From: Myxococcota bacterium
GTDB taxonomy: Bacteria; Myxococcota_A; Polyangia; Polyangiales; Houyiibacteriaceae
DNA length: 24,283 bases
Assembly (NCBI GenBank): GCA_039030515.1
Contig: JBCCEA010000049.1
Span: 1 to 24,283, forward strand
Reading direction: 5' to 3'
Shown here: piece by piece, positions 11,022 to 21,244 of the stretch
Numbering within the stretch: the stretch's first letter is position 1
Layout: each line of letters begins with the position of its first letter
The notes under the pieces: model-generated
Told to the model about the DNA's origin: nothing
The model's database searches: none
Seen by the model: only the letters and a program-made list of their open reading frames with translations
Program-made: the position numbers and the translations under genes

Positions 11022-11492
11022 TTAGAAAGGTATGTCGTCGTCCCCGAAGTCATCCGCGGGAAATTCGCTTCCACTCGACGAAGACGAGCCGCCGCCGCCG
11101 CCGCCGTAGCTACCGCCACCGTCATGACCGCCGCCGTACCCTCCTCCCTCTCCGCCGCCGCGTCCGCCGAGAAGGATCACGTTTTCTGCAACGATCTCAG
11201 TCGAGTTCTGCTTTTTGCCGTCTTTGTCTTCCCACTGCCGATACTCGATACGCCCCTCGACACTGATCGATCGGCCTTTGGAAAGGATCTTGTTCAGAGC
11301 CTCGGCGCGATTGCCCCATAAAATGATCGTATGCCACTGGGTACGCTGGTCTCGTTCTCCCGATTTTCTGACATAAGATCGACTCGTGGCCAGGCGCATC
11401 TTTAGAATCGCCTGCCCTCCCTGAGTGTAGCGAAGCTCCGGATCTGCCCCGAGGTTTCCGATAAGGATCGCTTTGTTCATACCTTCAGACAT
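11022..11492 (-). CDS. ssb: Single-stranded DNA-binding protein; start placed at ATG 11492
   Basis: NKAILIGNLGADPELRYT, VEGRI, Gly-rich linker, acidic tail DDDIPF; AGGGGA RBS precedes 11492. Confidence 0.97.
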   Translation of the reverse strand: MSEGMNKAILIGNLGADPELRYTQGGQAILKMRLATSRSYVRKSGERDQRTQWHTIILWGNRAEALNKILSKGRSISVEGRIEYRQWEDKDGKKQNSTEIVAENVILLGGRGGGEGGGYGGGHDGGGSYGGGGGGSSSSSGSEFPADDFGDDDIPF

Positions 11493-11595
11493 GTGTGCCG
11501 TCCCCTGATTCAAACTCGCATTCGTTGATGGAACCTACTCGCTTGCCCTGACGCGTCCAGACAGACCCGGGCAGAATCATGCACCCAACGGTCGA

Positions 11596-12984
11596 TCAAG
11601 AAGGTGCAGCTCGAACCGTGGATTCTTGTTCCTGCCGAAGCAATCCGGTGAGCTCCACAACGATCTCTTCATGGCGCTTTTTGTGGAACTTTGGACCCAC
11701 TTCACCGCGCGCATGCATCTGCTCGAGCGCAACGGCATCTGCCATCAGTTCCTGTCGTCGCTTCTCGCGAGCTTGCTGAGCAAGCCTACCTGGGTCGCTC
11801 CCCGAGCTCATGTAGAACATCCCCATCAAAAAGAGCAAGACGCTTGCCGCAACCGCAATAGTCCGAAGCGGACCGGCTGTGGGTATCCCCGAAACGCGGA
11901 TCTTGACCTCCGTCAGAGGAGGATCGGTGGGTCGGCGCTGCAGCTGCGACACCAGCACTGACCGACCCTGGTATTCGCCCTTATTCACCGGCGGCATTCC
12001 CTCAACCTCCAACCGCAGGCCCTGTGTTGCCTCGGTAACGACGGTGTACCTCATGGTTCGGAACGGAATCTGCGCGACAAACTCCATCGATTCACCGCTA
12101 AGATCGAGATCATACCCCCAAAGCATCTGAATTCTTCCCGGAGGTACAGAACCGAGGATTCGAAATCCCTCGTCATCTGCAACCATGCGCTGGTCGGTCA
12201 TCACTTCTTGCGCCTGAAAGTTCTTAAACCCTGCCGGCAGCGCCACCGGCATGCCTTCTTTGGGAAATACGTAGGCAAGATAGGTTGGGTTCATGAGCTG
12301 CGAAAAGTGAACTACCCGCATTCGATCTTCAACGAACTCGATTCGCGTCTCGCCGATGAATTGAAGCAGACGACGCGGGTCCTCAGTGGTTTCAAAGTAT
12401 CGCAACACCACGAGGTAGCCCCGATCTGACGGGAGCCGAAATGGGTTCGTGCTGAAGACAGCCCCTTGATGAGCGGCCTTAACTCGGTATGCGACCGAGC
12501 TTCCAACATCCAGGTTCTGAAACACAGCCATGCCTTCATCGTCGGTGACCGCTTCTTGAGGAGACCGGCGCTCTCCCTGAGCTAAACTACCCAGCGTTAC
12601 GCGATGAGCATGGACTGGACGGTCGCGCACATCGAGCAGCTGAACCCGTACAGCGCCTGGAGGCACGTCGGAGTCCGGCCGAGCGAACGACGGCGGAGGA
12701 CCCTCGATAGCCTGACGCACGAGATCGGGATCCACCGCTGAAGCGCGTGGCGATCGCTGGGACACGTCCGACCCCTTCGTATCTTCTGGGTTTGACGCGG
12801 GTCGAGTGGGCACTTCGGGATGTCCGAGAGGAGGGGTATCTATGGGCTGCGCTCTGGCCTCAAATGCCAATGAGATCGCAACAGCGCACAAGGTGGCGCG
12901 GGTCCATCCCACACTCAAATGCCGACGACGGGGGGCTTCACTGTGTCCAGTACCGCAAGGAACGATGTGCTCTCTCTCATTCAT
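11596..12984 (-). CDS. Exported, C-terminally anchored protein with a prealbumin/carboxypeptidase-regulatory-like beta domain, ccm-associated
   Basis: Signal-like segment ending EARA, motif AVTDDEGMAVF, C-terminal TM helix, then a charged CcmI-like tail (ALEQMHARGEVGPKF); start at 12984 overlaps the upstream stop. Confidence 0.65.
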   Translation of the reverse strand: MNEREHIVPCGTGHSEAPRRRHLSVGWTRATLCAVAISLAFEARAQPIDTPPLGHPEVPTRPASNPEDTKGSDVSQRSPRASAVDPDLVRQAIEGPPPSFARPDSDVPPGAVRVQLLDVRDRPVHAHRVTLGSLAQGERRSPQEAVTDDEGMAVFQNLDVGSSVAYRVKAAHQGAVFSTNPFRLPSDRGYLVVLRYFETTEDPRRLLQFIGETRIEFVEDRMRVVHFSQLMNPTYLAYVFPKEGMPVALPAGFKNFQAQEVMTDQRMVADDEGFRILGSVPPGRIQMLWGYDLDLSGESMEFVAQIPFRTMRYTVVTEATQGLRLEVEGMPPVNKGEYQGRSVLVSQLQRRPTDPPLTEVKIRVSGIPTAGPLRTIAVAASVLLFLMGMFYMSSGSDPGRLAQQAREKRRQELMADAVALEQMHARGEVGPKFHKKRHEEIVVELTGLLRQEQESTVRAAPS

Positions 12985-13402
12985 TGCGAAGTTCACTGGA
13001 CGAAGCGACTTCATCGTTCTCGCCGTCCTCTGGGGGCGGGGTTTCGGAATGAGTACGAGACAATTCTGAGCGAATCAGATGCTCAGCTTGCGCTCGATAA
13101 GGCTCGATATCTTCATCGAGCAGTTGGAGTACTTTCGCAGCTCGCCGGCGAAGCTGTCGATCGAGCCGGCCGAAGTCGTTGCTCGAGAGTTTACCTGCAT
13201 CCCTTTCAAACTCGAGATCTCTGATGTTGGCGAGCAGGGCGCTCTTTTCTTCCAGTAGGGCTCTGCGTCCCGCGTGGTTCAGATCGCCGATCGCCAGCAC
13301 CAGTTCACTCGCCCCAAATGCTGCCCGTAGACTCTGCCATAGTCCGTAGAGCGCCCCGACCAAGCCGGCGCCGGCCAGAGTCACGCACATCCAACCCAGC
13401 AT
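12977..13402 (-). CDS. Small membrane protein with a CcmI/CycH N-terminal-like motif
   Basis: N-terminal TM helix; EKSALLANIRDLEFERDAGKLSSNDF motif; TGATG coupling to the ccmF stop. Confidence 0.65.
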   Translation of the reverse strand: MLGWMCVTLAGAGLVGALYGLWQSLRAAFGASELVLAIGDLNHAGRRALLEEKSALLANIRDLEFERDAGKLSSNDFGRLDRQLRRRAAKVLQLLDEDIEPYRAQAEHLIRSELSRTHSETPPPEDGENDEVASSSELRNE

Positions 13403-16107
13403 CAGTCGCCCTCCAACCTGCGCAATTCCTCCTCGAGCTTCGCCTCGTAGTCTGAGTGGGTCGAGTCCTCGAGGGCGGGGCCATCCGATCGATACTGCTC
13501 AAGGCTGCGGCTGCGCCAAAGACGGCCTACAAAGCACAATCCGACCGCCGCAAAAGTACCGATGGCCAAAGGAAGCGCCCACATCAACCGACCCGAACCG
13601 GAATCGGGCGGAATGGCGATCGAACCTCGACCGTACTGCGCTCGGTATTCCTCCATAATCTGGGGAACCGTTTCTCCCTGCTTGAGTCTTTGGCGCATTT
13701 CTGCCCTCTTGTTCTCTGCCCAGCTACACCCGCAAGAGTCCATCGGGAGCCGCGCGCAATCACCGCACTGACATAAGGTGCGCTGAAAGAGGATACGTTC
13801 TTGGTCGCCTTCGATGACCACACTGCCCGCATGCAGGCTGCTGCTGCTGCTCGACTGGGCGCTCGCAACCGGGCCCATTCCGATCGGACTTACAAGCAGC
13901 AAAGCGATCATAGGAGTCGATGGCCGGCTCCACTTTTCTGCAGGCGAACCGGAAGCAGGAGCGGACACCGTTCGGGCAGCACCTCCGGCGCGCACCCCAC
14001 CCGGATCGAGGGCGCCATCGAACGGTCTGCGTCGCGACCGTGCACCCCGAGTTCCCGGGGTTATAGAACCCTTCAAGAGCTCCCGTGCGGTTGGCATCAG
14101 GGAGATCGCTGCTCCTAAAAGGAGAAACGCAAAACCGACCCAAATCCAAACCACCAACGGCCGAACGATTGCCCGAAATGTGCCGCGCTTCGAGGCTGGG
14201 TCGATGGTGCTCATGATCAGGTAGAGATCGTCGCGGGCTCCGACGCGGATGGAGACCTCCGTCGTCGGCATCTCGCGATGGGTGTGGTAGATGAACTTTG
14301 CCGGAGCTGCGGTTCCGAGCTTGTCGCTCGATTCGTTGAAGATGGTGAGATCAGCGTAGATCGCCATTTTGTTGCGATCGACTTCACGTCGGGATTGATC
14401 GTAACGGACTCGGTACCCTTCGATACTGAGCGACTCGCCGGGCATGAGCGCCCCCTCGGTTTCCACGTCGTAAGCCGCGCCGGTGAAACCGAAATACATC
14501 AGTGCGATGCCCACGTGTACGATGTATCCACCGTAGCGGCGGCGAGCGCGACTCATAAGGGTGACAAACGCGAGAAACCAGGTCTCCCCCTTACGCATTC
14601 GAACCAGGGTGCCCCGAGCGAACTCCTGGAAGATCGTCCCGAGAACAAATGCGCAGAGCGTTGTCGAGGCAACCGGGCAAATCTCGGTGATCGCCGCGAA
14701 AACCTCTCCCGCAAACGTATCGTAGGGGGCCACTGAATCGACCAGTGCCGGAAAACCGAGCGAGTCGCCAAACATCAGGTGTCCAGCACCTACTGCGCCT
14801 GCAGTCGCGATCGGGTAGCGCAGCGCCCTCCGTAGATTCTTGCCGGTCGCCTTTCGCCACGCGACCATCGGACCAACCCCCATCAGACACAGGAGGATGA
14901 GTCCGATCGGTACCATGATCGCGTTGTACGCCGCAGGACCCACCGTTGCTGGTTCACCCTCAAAAAACTCGGTAGCGAGCGGATACGTCGTGAGTACAAG
15001 AACGACAAGCATCATGAAAAGCAAGATCCAGTTGTTGAACAGGAACGCGAATTCACGACTCAGCAACGACTGAAGCTTGTGCTCGGCTTTCAATTTCGGC
15101 AGCCGCCAAATCAGGAGGGCCGCACACCCCACAGCGAGCGCGATCATGTAACCGACAAAATAGTTACCGATATCGGAGCGAGCGAAGGAATGGACGCTGG
15201 AAATAAGGCCGGAGCGAGTCAGAAACGTCCCAAAAATCGTCATAAAGTACGTCAGCAGAAGCAGGAAGACGTTCCAAACTTTGAGCATTCCGTAGCGCTC
15301 TTGAATGATCGCGGAGTGCAAATAGGCCGTGCCCACGAGCCAAGGCATGAACGAAGCGTTTTCCACCGGGTCCCACGCCCAGTATCCGCCCCAGCCGAGC
15401 TCTTCGTACGACCAGATCATTCCGAGGGTCAGACCGATCGATAGAAAAGTCCAAGCGAGCATCGCCCACCGCCGTACGGCAAGCACCCACTCCGAGCTGA
15501 GACGTCCCGTCGCAAGCGCAGCCACCACAAACGCAAAGGGAACGGACCATCCAACAAAACCCAGGTAGAGCGAAGGTGGGTGAATCGTCATCCAGTAATT
15601 CTGGAGTAGCGGATTCAACCCTTCGCCGTCCGGAGGCGCGGCGCTGACGTAGGTCGCGAAGGGGTTCGCCGCAAAGAGCATCGTCGCGATGAAAAAAGCA
15701 ACGATGCTCATCAGGGTGGCCAGCACCCAAGGTTGAAACTCTAGGTAGCGTCCCCGCATCCATCGGTTCACCGCCGCCGTGTAGCAGCAAACGAGAAAGA
15801 CCCACCAGAGCATAGAACCATCCTGTCCGCCCCAAAGTGACGTAAGGAGGTAGGTCCAGTGCATTGAGCGGTCGCTATATCTCGCGACATATCGAATGCG
15901 AAAATCGTGTGTCTGAAACGCGTAAGCGAGCACGCATACAGCAGCGAGTACCAATGCACAGGTGGCGTACGTTCCGTAGCGCGCGGCGAGAAGCATGTGG
16001 GGGCGCTTACCGGCTGCTCCCATACACATCGAAAAGGTGTAGGCGGAACAAACGAGTACCGAGCAGAGGAGCAGGTTGCCCAAAAATGGAATATCGAACG
16101 ACGGCAT
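13402..16107 (-). CDS. ccmF: Cytochrome c heme lyase CcmF fused to a C-terminal CcmH-like domain
   Basis: WWD motif WGGYWAWDPVENASFMPW, IHPP, AYLHS, SVHSF, YGGYIVHVG; C-terminal LCQCGDC...EMRQRLKQGETVPQIMEEYRAQYG plus TM resembles CcmH. Confidence 0.93.
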   Translation of the reverse strand: MPSFDIPFLGNLLLCSVLVCSAYTFSMCMGAAGKRPHMLLAARYGTYATCALVLAAVCVLAYAFQTHDFRIRYVARYSDRSMHWTYLLTSLWGGQDGSMLWWVFLVCCYTAAVNRWMRGRYLEFQPWVLATLMSIVAFFIATMLFAANPFATYVSAAPPDGEGLNPLLQNYWMTIHPPSLYLGFVGWSVPFAFVVAALATGRLSSEWVLAVRRWAMLAWTFLSIGLTLGMIWSYEELGWGGYWAWDPVENASFMPWLVGTAYLHSAIIQERYGMLKVWNVFLLLLTYFMTIFGTFLTRSGLISSVHSFARSDIGNYFVGYMIALAVGCAALLIWRLPKLKAEHKLQSLLSREFAFLFNNWILLFMMLVVLVLTTYPLATEFFEGEPATVGPAAYNAIMVPIGLILLCLMGVGPMVAWRKATGKNLRRALRYPIATAGAVGAGHLMFGDSLGFPALVDSVAPYDTFAGEVFAAITEICPVASTTLCAFVLGTIFQEFARGTLVRMRKGETWFLAFVTLMSRARRRYGGYIVHVGIALMYFGFTGAAYDVETEGALMPGESLSIEGYRVRYDQSRREVDRNKMAIYADLTIFNESSDKLGTAAPAKFIYHTHREMPTTEVSIRVGARDDLYLIMSTIDPASKRGTFRAIVRPLVVWIWVGFAFLLLGAAISLMPTARELLKGSITPGTRGARSRRRPFDGALDPGGVRAGGAARTVSAPASGSPAEKWSRPSTPMIALLLVSPIGMGPVASAQSSSSSSLHAGSVVIEGDQERILFQRTLCQCGDCARLPMDSCGCSWAENKRAEMRQRLKQGETVPQIMEEYRAQYGRGSIAIPPDSGSGRLMWALPLAIGTFAAVGLCFVGRLWRSRSLEQYRSDGPALEDSTHSDYEAKLEEELRRLEGD

Positions 16108-16372
16108 ACAGCGGGGAGATCCTGACTCGAGCGATCTTGAAGGTCGGCTTCAGATGGGACGATCGGTCCGTCCAAAGCTGATCTCTAGGGTCTCTCCGAC
16201 TTTAGGGAAGAGCGAGTGCTGCCGCAACGGCACGGAATACCCTGGCTTCACCTCATGAGGGGTTCACTTCCCGAGAGAAAGCCAAGGCATCCGAGACAGA
16301 AACAGACGATATGGTGTTGTAACTCAGGCGTGCAGCGCCTCGGTTCCAGCCGTGTGACCAAACGAACGTAGA

Positions 16373-18277
16373 TTAGGACTCTTCAAATTCAGCGTCGATG
16401 ACGTCGTCATCGGGCTTGCTGCCGGACGAACTGGCCGTAGAAGCCCCGCTTGCTGCGGCGCCTGCGGCAGCACCGGGCTGTCCTCCGCCGTAGGCAGCCG
16501 TCGCCAGCTCACTCATCATTTTCTCAAGTTCTTCGACTTGCGAGGCGATCGCGTCCGCATCGTCTTTTTCGAGCGATTCCCTCAGTGAGGCGATGCGTCC
16601 TTCGATTTCCGCAACCTTATCGGCAGGCAACTTATCGCGAACTTCACTCAGGCTCTTCTCAACACTGTGGCAGAGGGAGTCCGCTTTATTGCGCAGCTCT
16701 ACTGATTCGCGACGACGCTGGTCCTCATCTTCGTGGTCTTTGGCCTCTTGGACCATGCGGTCGATCTCATCGTCCGACAAACCGCTGTTGGCCGTGATCG
16801 TGATCTTTTGGTCCTTGCCGGTCGCTTCGTCTTTGGCTGTGACCGACAAAATACCGTTGGCGTCGATATCGAACGTCACTTTGATCTTGGGCAGACCTCG
16901 GGGAGCCGGCATGATGCCTTCGAGATGAAAGCGGCCCAAAGTTCGGTTGGAACTTGCTTCCGCTCGCTCTCCCTGCAGCACGTGCACTTCAACCTTGGTT
17001 TGGTTGTCTTCCGCCGTAGAGAAGGTTTCGTCTTTGCGGGTCGGGATCGTCGTGTTGCGGGAAATGAGTACTGTCATGACGCCACCTAGCGTTTCGACGC
17101 CCAAGCTGAGTGGGGTCACGTCGAGGAGCACGAGGTCCTCCACGTCGCCGGACAGAACTCCTGCTTGAATCGCGGCACCAACCGCCACGACTTCATCTGG
17201 ATTCACGCCTCGATGAGGCTCTTTGCCGAAGAACTTTTTGACTGTTTCCTGAACCAGCGGAATCCGGGTGGATCCACCCACGAGCACGACTTCGTGAATA
17301 TCGCTGGGAGACTTACCCGCATCGGACAGGGCCTTCCGACACGGCTCAAGGGTACGCTCCACGATGTCTTCGATCATCGACTCAAGCTTTGCTCGCGTGA
17401 GGCGGATATTGAGGTGCTTGGGTCCGGAGGCGTCTGCGGTGAGGAAAGGCAGGTTGATCGTCGCCTCAAGCTTGTTCGAAAGCTCGATTTTGGCTTTTTC
17501 CGCGGCGTCTTTAAGACGCTGAAGCACCATCTTGTCTTTCGACACGTCGATGCCGCTGTCCTTGCGGAACTCTTCGGTGAGGTATCCGATGATGCATTCG
17601 TCTACGTCGTCTCCGCCTAAATGCGTGTCACCGTTGGTGCTGACGACATGGACCACGTTGTCTCCCACCTCGAGAATCGAGACGTCAAACGTTCCGCCTC
17701 CAAAGTCATATACCGCAATGACCTCTTCTTCTTTTTTGTCCAAGCCGTAGGCAAGAGCGGCAGCAGTGGGCTCGTTGACGATCCGTCGGACTTCAAGACC
17801 GGCGATCTTTCCGGCATCCTTGGTGGCTTGGCGCTGGGAATCGTTGAAGTACGCCGGAACGGTGATGACCGCTTCCGTTACGGACTCGCCAAGGTAGTCT
17901 TCAGCAGCCTTTTTGAGCTTGCGCAAGACGTGGGCGGAGACTTCTGGAGGCGCAAATGAATCGCCTCGAACTTCGAAACCGACGTCTCCGTTGCCTCGTT
18001 TGATGATTTTGTAGGGGAGCCGATCTTTTTCGGCATGAGCCTCATCGTATCGTCTGCCGATAAACCGCTTTGCACTGAAAAGCGTACCCTCTGGATTTGT
18101 AATACCCTGGCGCTTCGCGATTTGGCCCACGAGGATTTCGCCCTGATCGTCCCAGGCGACCACGGACGGAGTGATCCGATCTCCTTCTTCGTTGACGATG
18201 ACCTTGGGCTCCTTGCCCTCCATCACGGCTACCACCGAATTCGTGGTTCCCAGGTCGATCCCGATGATCTTTCCCAT
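16373..18277 (-). CDS. dnaK: Chaperone DnaK (Hsp70)
   Basis: [67 protein letters not shown]. Confidence 0.99.
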   Translation of the reverse strand: MGKIIGIDLGTTNSVVAVMEGKEPKVIVNEEGDRITPSVVAWDDQGEILVGQIAKRQGITNPEGTLFSAKRFIGRRYDEAHAEKDRLPYKIIKRGNGDVGFEVRGDSFAPPEVSAHVLRKLKKAAEDYLGESVTEAVITVPAYFNDSQRQATKDAGKIAGLEVRRIVNEPTAAALAYGLDKKEEEVIAVYDFGGGTFDVSILEVGDNVVHVVSTNGDTHLGGDDVDECIIGYLTEEFRKDSGIDVSKDKMVLQRLKDAAEKAKIELSNKLEATINLPFLTADASGPKHLNIRLTRAKLESMIEDIVERTLEPCRKALSDAGKSPSDIHEVVLVGGSTRIPLVQETVKKFFGKEPHRGVNPDEVVAVGAAIQAGVLSGDVEDLVLLDVTPLSLGVETLGGVMTVLISRNTTIPTRKDETFSTAEDNQTKVEVHVLQGERAEASSNRTLGRFHLEGIMPAPRGLPKIKVTFDIDANGILSVTAKDEATGKDQKITITANSGLSDDEIDRMVQEAKDHEDEDQRRRESVELRNKADSLCHSVEKSLSEVRDKLPADKVAEIEGRIASLRESLEKDDADAIASQVEELEKMMSELATAAYGGGQPGAAAGAAASGASTASSSGSKPDDDVIDAEFEES

Positions 18278-18322
18278 CTAAATTCTCCTGTGCGGCGCGC
18301 TTTCTAATAGGGTCGCCGGCCG

Positions 18323-18350
18323 AAAGTAATCACTTCATGAGACGGGTCAA
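18323..18350 (-). promoter_or_regulatory. Candidate dnaK promoter
   Basis: Minus strand reads TTGACC-N16-TACTTT, the same spacing as the rpsL promoter candidate. Confidence 0.35.
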
Positions 18351-18443
18351 GTGCGCACTCGGAGTCATCCGTAGCGCGTCGAAGGCTATTGTCGCAGGCG
18401 GGTCAAGCAATGCACCCCGCGATCATCGAGGTGCGACGGTCGC

Positions 18444-19496
18444 TCAGAGAGTCCCGGCCGCGATCCCGCTGCGGAGTCGTTCCACATCGGGAGCCTTTGC
18501 GATGATGATCAGCGTCGCATTCGACTCGATACGGGCGTCGGCACCGGGATTGTATTGGTATCCGCCGCCCGGCGTACGCATCGCAATGACGAGCGCTCCG
18601 CTGTCCCGGATGGGAGTCTCTGAGAGCATCTTGTCCACCAGCCCGCTATCTGAAGGTATGGTGAGCTCTTCGATGCGGAGGTTTTGATCTTTGTCCCGAA
18701 TCATTCCGTCCAAAAAGGCGACCACCTGGGGCCGGATGAGCTCCGACGCCATTCGCTGACCACCGATACGATTGGTGGACACCACCTGATCCGCGCCCGC
18801 TCGTTTCAACTTTGGGACCGCTGAAGTTTCTACGGCCCTGGCGACGATGCGCAAACTCGGGTTGAGCGCCCGAGCTGTGATCGTGCAAAAGAGATTTTCT
18901 TTATCTTCGTGCAGCGCAGCCACCAGTCCATGCGCTTTGGCAACCCCTGCGTGTTCGAGACTCTTATCGTCTGTTGCATCGCCGATCACGTAGTGAAAAG
19001 GGGCCAGCGCCTGCTCCCGTACTCGGAGCAAACGACCCTCATCCTGTTCGACGACAACAAAGTTGATCACCATCGAAGCAAGCTCTTCGACGACATGTTC
19101 GCCATGACTTCCAACTCCACAAACGATGATGTGGCCCTTCATCGCGTCGATTTCGCGCTGCATACGCCTCCTGCGGAGAAGGCCTCGAAGATCGCCTTCG
19201 ACAAAGATCGCCGTCAAATTTGAGGCGACATAGAGCAACACCCCGCTACCGATGACGATCAGTATCACCGTGAATAGGCGTGCGTAGGGGACAAGGGCGA
19301 TTCCAGGCAGAGTCTCGGCAAAGCCGACAGTCGATAGAGTGATCACGGTCATGTAGACGCAATCCCAAAAGTCCCAGCGTCCTTCGCCGAGTCGGTAGTA
19401 GATCGTCGAACCGAGCACGACACCGATCACCAAAAGTGAGGTGGCCCCGAGAAGACGTCTCGGGCTATCGAAGTCGCCGAGTGCCATGCGCGTCAT
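18444..19496 (-). CDS. 2-TM potassium channel family protein with RCK_N (TrkA-N) and RCK_C domains; start reassigned to 19496
   Basis: TM1, pore helix DCVYMTVITLSTVGF, TM2; HIIVCGVGSHG Rossmann motif, IGDAT, RALNP, KRAGAD; C-terminal YNPGADARI. Confidence 0.9.
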   Translation of the reverse strand: MTRMALGDFDSPRRLLGATSLLVIGVVLGSTIYYRLGEGRWDFWDCVYMTVITLSTVGFAETLPGIALVPYARLFTVILIVIGSGVLLYVASNLTAIFVEGDLRGLLRRRRMQREIDAMKGHIIVCGVGSHGEHVVEELASMVINFVVVEQDEGRLLRVREQALAPFHYVIGDATDDKSLEHAGVAKAHGLVAALHEDKENLFCTITARALNPSLRIVARAVETSAVPKLKRAGADQVVSTNRIGGQRMASELIRPQVVAFLDGMIRDKDQNLRIEELTIPSDSGLVDKMLSETPIRDSGALVIAMRTPGGGYQYNPGADARIESNATLIIIAKAPDVERLRSGIAAGTL

Positions 19497-19673
19497 GGGA
19501 CTTCCGGAGCGCTTGACTGTCAACCTTCCGGCGCACGACAGGCTACGACTCACGTTTCTTCCACGGCGTCGGCCGTTCAGAGGCGCTTCGGAGCGAGCGC
19601 CCCAAAATGGCTTCGACCGGAGCAAGTCGGAACAAGTTGACCCAGCACAGCGGGCGGGCAAACCCTCTGAGCC

Positions 19674-21236
19674 ATGATCGACACTTCAGAGGCGCGGCGG
19701 GCGCATAGAGGGCTCGCATCGATCGCGTTTGCCAAGATCTTCTTCATCGTCGCCGGCTACGGCATTCAGCTCGTCCTGCCTCGGATCTGGACCGAACGGG
19801 AATACGGTTCTTTTGCCGCAGTGATGGTCACCGTGTCGATGCTGAACAACGTCCTTATCGCCACAACCATTCAGTCGGTCAGCCGTTTCATCAGCCAAGA
19901 CGGATATTCCACCTACGCATGCGTACGGCGAGGGCTCTCGATTCAATTCGTTTTGGGTTTGGTGCTCTCCGGTTCATTTTTTTTGCTGGCACCCATTATC
20001 TCCAGCGTTCTCAATGACGAACGACTCACGGGGCTGCTCCAAGTTGTCGCAAGCGTGTTATTTTCCTACGCGCTCTATGCAACATTTGTCGGCGCACTTA
20101 ACGGGATGCAGCGCTTTCAGGAGCAAGCTCGACTCGACATCACGTTCTCGGTATTGCGAACCACCGCCATCCTAGGCACGGCGGCACTGGGATGGTCGGT
20201 AGCGGGGGCAGTCAGCGGATTTGCCGCCGCAGCGTTCAGCATATTTCTCGTGGCATTTTTGAGTTTGGCGCCGCAGCTCCTCCACGCAGAAGACCAGCGG
20301 GATCGCGCTCAGGCCGCACCCACGCTCGGTACATGGCTCGCGTTTCTAGGGCCAATCGGGCTTTATCAGGTTTTTCTCAACGGAACCCTTCAGGTCGACC
20401 TCTTGGTACTAAAGAAGACAGTCGCTGAACTTGGCCTCCTTGCGGGGATGGGCCTAGAGGCAGCAGCCAACCGAGCAGACGAGTTGGTCGGTCGGTATCG
20501 CGCAGCACAGACCTTCGCCTTTGTTCCTTATCAACTGATGTTGTCGATGACCTTGATCGTGTTTCCAAGGATCTCTCGGGCAACGGCAAACGGAGACCGC
20601 GCAACCGTCCGGAGCACGATTAAAGGTGCCTTGCGGTTCTCGCTCCTCGTACTGCTGGCCATCGCTGCTCCGATCTCAGGTGCAGCCGACGGGGTTTTAT
20701 TGGTGGCCTTCCCAAAATCCTACGTCGCACTTGGGGCTCCTGCGCTCTCGGTTCTGATATTTGGACTCGTCGCTTTTGCCTTATTCGTGATCCACGCCAC
20801 CGTTTTAAGCGGAAGTGGACGCGCCGGCACCGCAGCATGCATCGCAGCACTCGCTTTTGTGGTTGTACTCGTGACCACACGACTCTTCATTCTGGCGAAG
20901 GACGGCATGCCGGGGGAGATGCTAAGAGCCACAGCCTTCGGGACCGTCTTGGGGATGACCGTCGCGCTGATCATTTCTGCCGGTAAAGTCTACTCGGTGT
21001 TCCGAACTGGGATACCCATCGGGAGCCTTCTGCGCGCCTCGATCGCGGCGGGGATGGCTCATTTTGTGTCAAGTGCAGTCCCTCATCCTACCCGCATTGG
21101 TGCGTTTCTAGCTCTTGCAGCCGGAGCATTGACCTACGGAGCGGGCCTGATTGCGTTGCGCGAACTTCGCTTAGGAGACTGGTACGCTCTTCGCGACAGC
21201 CTGCGGAGCCGAACCCCAAAGTTCGAATCACGGTAA
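19674..21236 (+). CDS. MOP-superfamily oligosaccharide flippase (Wzx/MurJ-like)
   Basis: 520 aa with many TM helices; family-typical motifs EYGSF, GALNGMQRF, GRYRAA, IVFPRIS, VLSGSGR. Confidence 0.8.
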   Translation: MIDTSEARRAHRGLASIAFAKIFFIVAGYGIQLVLPRIWTEREYGSFAAVMVTVSMLNNVLIATTIQSVSRFISQDGYSTYACVRRGLSIQFVLGLVLSGSFFLLAPIISSVLNDERLTGLLQVVASVLFSYALYATFVGALNGMQRFQEQARLDITFSVLRTTAILGTAALGWSVAGAVSGFAAAAFSIFLVAFLSLAPQLLHAEDQRDRAQAAPTLGTWLAFLGPIGLYQVFLNGTLQVDLLVLKKTVAELGLLAGMGLEAAANRADELVGRYRAAQTFAFVPYQLMLSMTLIVFPRISRATANGDRATVRSTIKGALRFSLLVLLAIAAPISGAADGVLLVAFPKSYVALGAPALSVLIFGLVAFALFVIHATVLSGSGRAGTAACIAALAFVVVLVTTRLFILAKDGMPGEMLRATAFGTVLGMTVALIISAGKVYSVFRTGIPIGSLLRASIAAGMAHFVSSAVPHPTRIGAFLALAAGALTYGAGLIALRELRLGDWYALRDSLRSRTPKFESR

Positions 21237-21244
21237 CTTTGAGT

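Noticed and set aside
11084..11170. (GCC)n low-complexity tract
   Set aside because: Encodes the normal Gly-rich linker of SSB.
16450..18307. Series of plus-strand ORFs antisense to dnaK
   Set aside because: Antisense shadow frames are expected opposite conserved, codon-biased genes such as hsp70; no independent coding evidence.
18352..18375. CIRCE element upstream of dnaK
   Set aside because: Only a partial half site (gcactc) is present, with no matching GAGTGCTAA arm at 9-bp spacing.
19513..19523. Palindrome TTGACTGTCAA between the channel and flippase genes
   Set aside because: Only 5-bp arms, no well-spaced -10 on either strand, and the spacing does not fit an FNR/CRP box; could be chance.
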